Assembly (NCBI GenBank): GCA_964035545.1
Contig: OZ037768.1
Location: forward strand, 15,979,875 to 16,043,874
Source of the DNA: Bugula neritina
Lineage: Eukaryota; Animalia; Bryozoa
Direction of reading: 5' to 3'
DNA length: 64,000 nucleotides
The position numbers and the translations under genes are program-made. Shown here piece by piece: positions 53,874-64,000 of the stretch. Numbering within the stretch: position 1 is the stretch's first letter; every line of letters starts with the position of its first letter. The notes under the pieces were generated by a model. That model was not told the DNA's origin. It saw only the letters and a program-made list of their open reading frames with translations, and searched no databases.

Positions 53874-56800
53874 TCAACCTGGGCGGACTTTTTGGAACTC
53901 CTGAAGGGCATCACTAAATTTTTTTAATTTGTCATCAAAACTTTTTTTCGATTGTTCTTGGTCCATCAACAACTCTCGCATCTCATCTTCCACAGTTTCA
54001 ACCTATTAAAACAAATTATTTTACTGACGTTTGTTGCTGCAGAGTATTTTACAATTGTGTAAAATGGCTACATTGGCCCCCAAACAACTACTAAATGTAT
54101 TTTAGTGTACGTTCCAAAGTGTATTGTGCAATGATGACAGCTTTTTGCATACCCTGTGCTGCTTTTCTGCAATTTGTAGTTCATACTGCTCGGTAAGCTC
54201 TTTTATATAATCATTGTGCGACAACTCCTTAGCTTCAAGCTGTTTTCGAAACCCGTCATCACTTATTCTCAATCTTTGTAACGCTAAGCTGGCAAGAAAA
54301 TAGGAAAACATAAAAAATTACATTAAATTATATAATATTATAAATCAACATATTTTACACAGTACTCTGACAATCACTACCCTATAAAATCTAGTTATAC
54401 AGTTGGACAAATTGTTGCTATTTTTAATGCAGTGTAAAATATGCATAAATTCTATGCCTTATACACTCATTTATATTGCAATGTTTGTAATTACGTTTAT
54501 ATATTACCTAACATCAGAAGCATTAAGTAAATTACTAATAATATTAAAAATGATGAGAAATATCAGAAAAATTATTATTTCATCTCATTAGTTCTATAAA
54601 GTTTATATTGAAGGAAATGTTTGTGTGCACGCAACAGTCACTGGCATGTGGTTTGACATGTTCAACTGGTGATTACTAGTAATGAAGAATTATTGAAATG
54701 GTACCCATATATTTCAATTTTTACTAGCAATTTCCACTTTTGCATACATGTGCCTTATGCTTTATTGGGCAGATCTTTCAGCAGCCTCACCATAATTTAT
54801 ACACTTGAAAATACTAGCTAAGGCTATAATGAAATGTGTCAGAGGTGCCCATACAAAGTGTGACATTCACTGGTTATGCTGGTAACAAGTAGCCTGACAA
54901 GATACAGCAACAGCAGGCATGGAGAGAGACTGCATGCTGAATAATTACACACTGATATTTTCTTATCAATAAATAATTGTCAGAGGGTAGAACATTTTTT
55001 CAGTGTTTCTTTCTCAATTACAAAACATTCCTTTAATACTACCACCTTGACAAAAATTCACCACACTAAAAATAGAATTTGTAAGACACGAACTCAGCTG
55101 CCTGGATGGATTTATCTCTTTCCTCCGTCAATTTACTTTCCTTCTCTTGCCAGGAATGCTTCATTTGCTTCACCTGATCTTCTAAACTTGATATCAAGAA
55201 AGATTTATCTTGCCATTTTTCCTTCAGGGATCTAAAATTGAGATCTAGCCTTATGTGCAAAACATGACCCTGAGTTTTAACTAGAATTTTGTGCTATAAC
55301 TTTGAAAACAAGTCTAGCAGCTTTTAATTTTAGCTTGAAAGCTATCAGAAATTTATTGCACTTGACTAATTCTCAATATCGTAGTGTGGTTCATTGTAAA
55401 AATTGAAGTTTGTAACCAAGACCAAATTTCCATTGATTTTCATGCTAATATACAAAATAAAATTTGCCTTTTGATCCTCCGAAATTTTGTAAAAATAATA
55501 GCTAATTTAATCTTAAAAATATTTTTTTCTCTTATTTGGTGATAATTAAAAAGATGAAAACTTAAATTAAGTTAGACAGTTACTTGGAGAGGAGGGGGAG
55601 GGCTTTCTTTTAATGCGATGCCAAATTAAACTAGTCAAACATGCTAAATATTTTATTACAGGAGTTCTTTGCAAACAGATAAAGTCTGTTCTCGTACCCC
55701 ACCCTTACCTGTGAGACTCTTTTAGTTGGCGCAGATCATTTTCACTCGACTGCAACTGAGCTTTTAAATCTTCCTTTCTTTTTACTAAATTTTCAATTTC
55801 CAGCTCAAGACTTGCTGAGTGGTTTCTTTCATTTTCTATTTCTTTTTGATGTTGATCCTAAACAGAAATTAGTAAAAACAATACCGAAATTAGCAGTGAG
55901 CTGATGAGTTTGTACCAATTTAAACTCAAGATAATAAAATACAACTAGCAATACCGCCTATAACCAGTCAACATTTGCTTTGAATATTATTTATTGCCAT
56001 TATTGTTGGCAATATTCTAAGGTGCATACTTTTACTAGCTCCTTAAAAAACTAAATTGAATAAGAGTGATTTGTTACTAAGAATTTACCAATTATAAATT
56101 AACAAAGATTTTCAGCTTGCAAAGTTGCTACTGTACCACAACACATAGCTGACAAATGTCCACTGTACTTATTTCATGAGGTTTGGTGTGGTCATGCACC
56201 TGTGATACTAAACTTCTATATCCATTTTATTTAGCCCTTAAGTGACAAACACCTGTTCACTTTAACCTTTAGCCGTGTCAAGGTTCTTTGCACAGAGTGC
56301 ACTAGGGCTAGCTAAGTTAAGGCACAGGCATGATGAGCAATAACTTGGCACTGCATCATGGATTAGAGTGCTTAACAGCATAAATTAAGTGAGATGAAGT
56401 TCCCCTCTATTCCAATGAACAAGGAGTGATATAACACCACCACTTAACACTTCACACAATAAGTAAACTTAAAATGTAGGAAACAAAACCTAGTATTTAT
56501 AAGTTTAGTGTTGAGTTACTTGGTTATGGCTTACCGCCCCTTTGCCCAGCAGTTAGGTAGAGAGAGTGTGTGAATATTTCACTACACAATGTAGTGCTAG
56601 AGTTCTAATAGTAACAGTAATAAGACAACATGAGCCAGTTTACAAGAATAATTGGAATGAAAGTCATTCAACAGCAATGAAACATTTCCTAAAGCTGTAT
56701 TTCTACACAGGATGAACATATCAAACTTGCTAATTCACTCAATAAAGTTTTTGTGTTATCTTTGTTAGCATTCACCTAGACAATAGCTCTACAGTAGGGA

Positions 56801-59800
56801 GTGAGTTAACGCACAATATAAACATATGTAATACAATTTATGGCCCAATTACCTCAATAGTTTTAAGTTCTCCTCCTTGGTCTTGAAGTTGTCTTTCCAA
56901 CAGACTAAGTTTCTGTCTGAGTGATGACACAGTTTCTGTAAGGTCCAACACAAGTTTAGTCTTGATCTTCACTGTGTCTACTTCATTCTCAAGATTAGTT
57001 CTCAGAGTTTTGTTCTCTTGTGTGAGAGTCTCCAACTTAGCTTCCAACATTCCTCTTTCATTGGATAAAGAAGCACCTGCACATCTCACAAACTTTAGAA
57101 ATATGAAAATGGAGAGGACAATTTCAAATACGCATGAAATTTTAATAAAATAGAAAATATGTAGGGAAAATGGCAACCCCAAACCTATGACATTGCAACC
57201 ACCTCCCCTCTCCACAACAAGCACTGACTGCTTTATTTACAAGAATAACAACTTGCCATGAGCTCAGCAGTTGATATGTTTATTTAGTCATTTCTTTCAT
57301 AGAATAATATAATACTACTTTATTAGTTTATATGAACAGTAGCCACTATACTTTGATAGGAAAACTCCATAAATTTCATACAACTTCAACACATTTATCT
57401 GATTTGTTATCGAAATTAGTTTTAAAAACAAATTACAGAAAATTACTAAAATATATTGTCTTAAATAGCAGATGGTTGTTTAAGAAAATTCCTACCTTGC
57501 TGAGCTAGTTCTTTGCTCCAAAGCTCTCGTTCCTTCCTCAGGCCAGATATAATTGAGTGTTGACCTTGAACCTGATTCTTCAACTCAAGGTTGTCTTTCT
57601 TCAACCTGTCATGATCCGTGACCTTGGTGTTCAAGTTCTGTATTTGTTGTTCCAGGCCAGACTTGGTACCCTGTTAAGTCACGCATCAGCTATAGACTAT
57701 AATTATACTCCGATATGTTTATTGCGAGGGCAAAATACTGCCTGTGAAATATGCCACCAAAAGTTTATAAAATATCATATCTAGAATAAATTTTTGTAAA
57801 AAGCCAGATAATCAGCTCAAACTTTTGAGGCTGTAAAATTTAAACTACCTGACAAAGTTGGTGAAAACAGTTTTAATTAGCAATAATGATATTGGTATAT
57901 TTATTTAATAACATTATTAAAAGATTCAAGAATCAAATTATTATTCATAATTTTATGCACTGAAAACTTGAAACGCTCTGAATGCACAAGTTGTGAGAAA
58001 AGACGAGTAAATACGGACCTGCATTTTACGAACAGCCTCCTGCTTTTCTTTAGACAGTGATACTATTTTATCTTTTTGGTCCTTCACCAACTGAAAGGTA
58101 TTAGATTGGAGTTACTGTTAAAATTAACTGTAGCTGTCAGACATAAAAATAACAGAAAGTAAAACTGTGTTCTCTGTATCAGCCAATCAGCATCAGCCAA
58201 TCAACCTCAGCCAAAGGTAAATTAGGGCAGGGGACAGGGCAGAAACTGCTGCATCTTTACAGGGCCAAGCACTCACACATGCTGTCTGTATAACTAGGTT
58301 GATCTTCTAAAGAACATACAGAAAACCTCTCTTTAAAACTCTAACTAGACTGCTAGATCTGATCTCACTCACCACTTCTCTATATAAAGAGTAAAGGCAC
58401 ATAAAGTACGAGGTAAACGTACTGCAAAGACATTTTCCATCATACCTGTGTGAGGTCGGCTATCATTTTATGATTTTTAATATCTTTCTCTTTACTAGAC
58501 TTGAGCAGCTCCTCATGAACGGATTGCTGAGATGACAAGTCTTCAAAAGCAGTCTTCAGCTAAAAACAAATGCATACATAATATAAGCTTGGCGTATATC
58601 GCCTCTTTATACAACAGCATTAAGCTATGGGAGATGCACTAATAGTAAATTACTTTACAACAGTAGATTTACCCCACTGTCTAAAATATAAGAAATTCTA
58701 GTACTTCAAATAATTTTTCGATTCTAACACCAGTTTGCTGGTAGTCACTTAGGTGGTAAAGTGCTAGAATAGGAACTTTAAGTTACAACTAGTTTATGGA
58801 AGTTTCACCAGCAGAGAACTAATAGAATAACACTCTGGAGTCAGCACAGATGAATATAGTAACTGTCCTCAACCTGTACATCTACAAGGAGCTTGTAGTC
58901 TACCACTATCAATGGAACAGAGTAGCACAGAATATAACATAAACTCACTGACTGAAATCTCTCAGCTTCAATCTGAAGGGCCATTCTAAATTCATCTTCC
59001 AGTTCACTGTATTCTTTATCGTTCATTTCAAGTCTTGGAAAATATATCATCATTCATAATCTTATTTTAAAAGTCCAGAACTACATAGATGACTGTCAAG
59101 TAGTATTACAGCGGGAAGGCATCTTTATGTTACGATATTTAAAGGCATAAAATCTAAAAGAATTCTAATGCTATAAAATCACATGCTTCAACACCATCAT
59201 AACTGCATCGTACATCACTAAATAGCTGTTCTTAATGGCTTAAATGAAACAACAATCCTAATTCTATGCTCATCCCAACATGTGGTTCTGTCTTGGAATA
59301 AAAAAAACATCTTTTTACATTCAGTTTACAAATGATGTGCTAAAAAATGAAGTGATGAAAGCATCACGTGCACTGCTAACCTGCTTTCATATTCCTTTCT
59401 TTCAGCGGCTTGTTCTTTAATTAGATTAGCAACTTTACTCTGCAACAACTGCTCAAGTTTGGGGGAATCCAGAGTGTACCGGTGCTCCAAGTCTCTCTTG
59501 TGATCAGCCTCTCTGCAGGCAAGGAGAGACTTGAGGTCCTCCAGCTCAGCCTTCTGTAGCTTCACTGTAGCCTGTGCTGTCTGCAGGTACTCAGTCTGTT
59601 CAGCAATGGCCTTGCTATGTCTTTCACTTTCTTCTCTCTGCAACAACATGTCTTATGGGTCATTTTACTTAATTTAGTACACACTATATATATATATCTG
59701 GTTTTTAGCTATTTTTCACAGTTTAGCTGCTAATGTATATAGTTTCTTGCACTAAATCAAATACAGCTGAATAATTAAGACTTTTTCTAACTTTGCTTGA

Positions 59801-62800
59801 TTTTCCATGTTTTTCCTATTTTTTTTAGTATATCGGGATATTCAGAAGGTGATGAAATAACCATTACTGTCCGCACACCTAAATTTACTAAAAAAATTAG
59901 GTAAAACCGTAGAAAATCAAGCAAAGTCAGTTATCTTACTTTTTTCAAACTGTTAATTTACAGCTTAAAAACCAACTGATCAAATATATGAGATACTAAA
60001 TCTGCAGAAATACACCAGTTACAACATAAATACAATTTCAGAGTTGTGAGCTCAGGCAAACTGATTTTAAAATAGATTTTGTAAACACGTGTGTGCAATT
60101 ATTTTGTGAGCTCAGACAACCTAATTATGATACAGCTGTACACATGCAAAGCAATACTGATTACATATTTTATCATTATAAAATGTTCTTAGACATATCC
60201 GTTGAACATATATAAGTTTTAAACAGAGGCTATACTTACAACTGAATGAAGAAACAAAAATCTACTCTGTTACTAATAATATTAGGAATCAAGGTAACTG
60301 CCCATTGCAAAATTGATTAATCAGAAAATAGGCATAGCCCGTCTTCAACAAGTATTAAAAACGAGTCGCTGTATTTTATAATGATAATATTTCAACAACA
60401 CTAACGTTGACAAATGGTGAAACATCTATTTAAAACAATACTACCATTATGTGTATGATGTTACCATAAACTCAATGCAGCAGTTCTATTTTAGCCATTC
60501 TTGACCCTAAATTTTTTTATTGGGTTCAAGTCGGGACTTTGTGTTGGCCAGTTAAGCGTTGAGACCCTCTGCTTTTTCGTCCACTCTAACAGTTTTTGCC
60601 CAATGGCATGGTGCATTGTCATCTTTAAATATGTAAATTTTATTTAAAAAGAAGTTTTTTATGATTGGAAGAAGTTTAGCATTGAGATTCTCTACATATT
60701 TTTGGGCATAAACATCATTCCAGAGCAATTACTGAGTCGACCTCCATCTTTTGATGCTATACAACCCAGAACATATAACCGATAGGGTGCTTAATTGTTG
60801 GAAGAATACATTAGAGGTTATACTCCTCATACTGGTATCTTCTAACAAAACAGTTTCCAGCATGATTGTTCACATTAAATGTGGATTCATCTGAGATAAT
60901 TACTTTTTTTCTAATCATTCACTGTCTAACTACCATGCTCCCTGGCCCACGGTGGCCGGTTTTTTCGCTGTTCCTCGGTTAGTAGAGGCTTCCTTCTTGC
61001 TTTGCAACCACATAGACCATGGCTCAGCAATCTTCGCCTTATCAGGGATGTTGAAGCTGTTGTTCCTGTTGATTCTGACCATTCTTTGTCAACTCAAGAC
61101 TTGTTTTATGGCAATCCTTCTTGCTGATCCTAATGAGAACCTTGTCATCTCTGAGTGTGCTTATTCTTGGTCGTCCACTTCCAGGTCGATCTGCTACACT
61201 GTCAGTCTCCATAAACTTCTTGATAATTTGATAATTTATGCAAGAAAATTATTACAAACCTTACTTCTGAAGTAAGATTTACAGCTCTCATTTTGTCTAT
61301 GCACAGCACCCAAGTGGACACCATGTAAAAGCTCACAACTAAATGACAGATTTCAAATTATGGAGGGAAATCATACTTTATGATATCATGATGCCATGCA
61401 CAAAGTCAAATTTCACTTTTTAGCCTTTTGTGGTTATCAAAAGCGATAAACTTTGGGAACATAAAAATACAGGAGTGTCACTTCCCTAGCTGCTTGTGTA
61501 GTTAGCCCGAAAATGGGTGGTAAACATCACAACAGTAGGAATTTATAAGGTGGGAATTGTAGTGCACATTCTAAAGGTCATTTTGACATATAGAACTTGC
61601 AGGAAAATAATAAGAACTTACAAGAAATGCCTATTAAACAAGATACGTAGAAATTTCTGCAAGCGTCGTTAAACTTTTTCACAGCACTGTATAATAAATA
61701 AAGTTTAACTCAAATGATACTAGTAACAAGTACGCCAGTCAATCATAATGAAAATATAGAACTAAAAACAAATAACTAGCTCAAGTTTGAATTAGTCTCA
61801 ACTTCAAATTGATTATTATTTACAATTTAATTATTAATATATTATTGCTTAATTAACCAATCAGCCTAAACTAAAAATCGAATATTATTTGATAATGGGT
61901 AATTGAATAAAATAGATCACTATAATTACAATTTGGTTTTACTTAGTAATGACAAATTAAAACAATTATGTAATAATTTACTACGATACACAAATAATAA
62001 CCCTTAAATTTCCTTCACCACAGTCATTACTATTGAGTGCAATATTGTACATAATCACATAACCAGCAAAGCAAAAACTGACGAAACAAAGCTAAATTTG
62101 CTAAAAATCATATCAATAGTAGTTTCTGTCAGTTAGAAACTCTACTGACCAAGTCACTGGGTTAATCTCACTATCAGCAGCAGACAGACATGTACAAAAT
62201 GTTCTAATACACATTTTTTAGGCTTGCAACTTTGAAATTAAAGTCAAATTACAGACAAGTTAGTTCTGCAGATTTCAATAGCATGTAAACATAGAAATTA
62301 GATTAAGCTTATACTAACACAGAAACAATTTGCAACAGAAAAATTACTAGAATTTAACTTTAGAAGGTTATAAGTAGTTGAATGCTGCGTTTGGAGGAAA
62401 TGTTATAATCCGTTATGTAGCTTAGAAATTGTCTTCTCACACAAAATAAAACCATTTGAAGTTCACCTTCTTTATGAGCACAATAACCAAAAATAAAAGT
62501 ATTTATATTGCGCAATACTGACTTGTATATGGTAAGAACAACTAACGTGTTTAGCTTCACTGTCAACCTTTAGCTGCTCCAATCTTTCCTGAACATGTTC
62601 CAAATCTCTAATGGTCTTCTCTTGAGACAAACAGGTTTTAGTTGATCGCTTTAACTCTGCGGTCAGCTCTTTTTCTCTGGCCTTAAAACAGAATTTGCTG
62701 AAAGGGTATGTTGTCTAATACTCTACACTAGTTACAACTACACATATACTATGTACAACATCTCTTACAGTAGACTACCTAACTCACCTGCAACATCTCA

Positions 62801-63963
62801 ACCTCCTCTGTCAACTTGTCACTCATGTCTTTTGACTCCAGAAACTTTTTCTTCAGCTTAGCAATGGCATCGTCACAGTTTCTTTTAACTAGTAACTGCT
62901 CATTGGCTGCAAATAGTAACCCAACTATGTCCATAATGACAACACTTGGTTCATAATTAACGATAAGTTCAACGTATTTTCTTGTATCTACAGTATCTAC
63001 AGTGTAAAGAGTGTATACAGTGTAGAGAGTGTATACAGTGTAGAGAGTGTATACAGTGTAGAGAGTGTATACAGTGTAGAGAGTGTATACAGTGTAGAGA
63101 GTGTATACAGTGTATAGAGTGTATACAGTGTATAGAATGTATACAGTGTAGAGAGTGTATACAGTGTATATAATGTATACAGTGTAGCGAGTGTATACAG
63201 TGTATAGAATGTATACAGTGTAGAGAGTGTATACAGTGTATATAATGTATACAGTGCAGAGAATGTATACAGTGTAGAGAGTGTATACAGTGTAGAGAGT
63301 GTATACAGTGTAGAGAGTGTATACAGTGTAGAGAGTGTATACAGTGCAGCGAGTGTATACAGTGTAGCGAGTGTATACAGTGTAGAGAGTGTATACAGTG
63401 TAGAGAGTGTATACAGTGTAGAGAGTGTATACAGTGTATACAGTGTAGAGAGTGTATACAATATATAAAATATTTAGAGTGAAAAATTCTAAGCTCTTTT
63501 CAAAGTAGTAACCAGGACTTCCAGAAAATAGTCACTTTGACAACTTAGAAGATTCTACAAGATATGGCAGGAAACTAGCTGCAATAATCTTGGCCAATAT
63601 TTCAGCTCACCATGGTTACAGAGCCACTCGATAGACTAATAAATCCCTGCTTCACTACAGATAAAACTGGTGCACCAAAGTTTTGAATACCATTTTGTAT
63701 CAAAGTCAGCAGAAGTTTTTATTGTATATTTATGTATATTAACATACCAAGCCATTTTAAATATAATAAATATGATCTTACACTGTCTAACATTTCTAAC
63801 AGCTAAACTATGCAATATTACAATATATTATATAACAAGACTGATAATAGTACAAGTACTCACAGCTGGTTTCATGAGATTTGAGTTGCTGAGCAAGCTG
63901 ACACGCTGCCTCTTCTGCTTTAACTCTCCTCATTCTTTCCGTATCCAAATCCTTCATCAGTTG
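53874..63963 (-). CDS. LRRCC1: Leucine-rich repeat and coiled-coil centrosomal protein 1, coiled-coil C-terminal part (gene continues beyond the right edge)
   Basis: Phase-consistent exons: 63864-63963, 62788-62906, 62568-62681, 59381-59637, 58949-59033, 58446-58559, 58019-58090, 57496-57670, 56853-57076, 55709-55857, 55094-55231, 54153-54288, 53874-54002. Motifs match recalled LRRCC1 sequence: LDTERMRRVKAE, LEDEFRMALQIEAERF, LWSKELAQQGASLSNERG, VEDEMRELL...KLKKFSDALQEFQ. The LRRs are not in the window. Confidence 0.85.
59697..59978. mobile_element. Foldback/MITE-like inverted-repeat element
   Basis: CTTTGCTTGATTTTCCATGTTTTTCCTATTTTTTTTAGTA (about 59790-59830) pairs with TACTAAAAAAATTAGGTAAAACCGTAGAAAATCAAGCAAAG (about 59886-59926). 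Outer GGTTTTTAGCT / AGCTTAAAACC also pair. Confidence 0.55.
60300..61689 (-). mobile_element. Decayed Tc1-family DNA transposon (transposase pseudogene) in an LRRCC1 intron
   Basis: Minus-strand terminus TA|CAGTGCTGTGAAAAAGT at 61689. Remnant motifs ISDESTF (about 60877-60897), KHP...FWV, FKDDNAPCH (about 60606-60632) and WPTQSPDLNPI (about 60518-60550). Frameshifted, with the catalytic E lost. The second TIR was not found. Confidence 0.85.
62997..63460. repeat. 18-bp minisatellite (CAGTGTAGAGAGTGTATA), about 25 copies, in an LRRCC1 intron
   Basis: Visible tandem array that produces the spurious CIQCRE and TLYTLS ORFs. Confidence 0.97.
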
Positions 63964-64000
63964 CTGATATCATAACAAAAGTTAAAAAGCAAACATTTTA

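Noticed and set aside
62982-63461. Cys-rich CIQCRE and TLYTLS repeat ORFs resembling metallothionein
   Set aside because: Translations of an 18-bp minisatellite inside a phase-consistent LRRCC1 intron.

Overview
AT-rich, intron-rich eukaryotic (animal, probably invertebrate) genomic DNA; the species cannot be determined from sequence alone. Four conserved multi-exon genes can be assembled by hand with frame-consistent GT-AG junctions: BMS1 (minus strand, 5' part, runs off the left edge), a 21-exon VPS10-domain sortilin-like receptor (plus, 9934-29709, about 899 aa), MEF2 (plus, 42128-52745, about 431 aa) and the coiled-coil 3' part of LRRCC1 (minus, runs off the right edge). Accessory content includes: a probable orphan gene nested antisense in intron 17 of the sortilin-like gene, with an RFX X-box upstream; a Harbinger-type MITE inserted in reverse orientation into the middle of a copy of itself; an intact Ty3/Gypsy (Mag-like) LTR retrotransposon with apparently identical LTRs just 5' of the MEF2 coding region; a decayed Tc1 element; several MITEs; three minisatellites with palindromic cores; and promoter-flanking low-complexity tracts. 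Exon coordinates were read by eye and may be off by a few bases. Family assignments rest on recalled motifs, not database searches.
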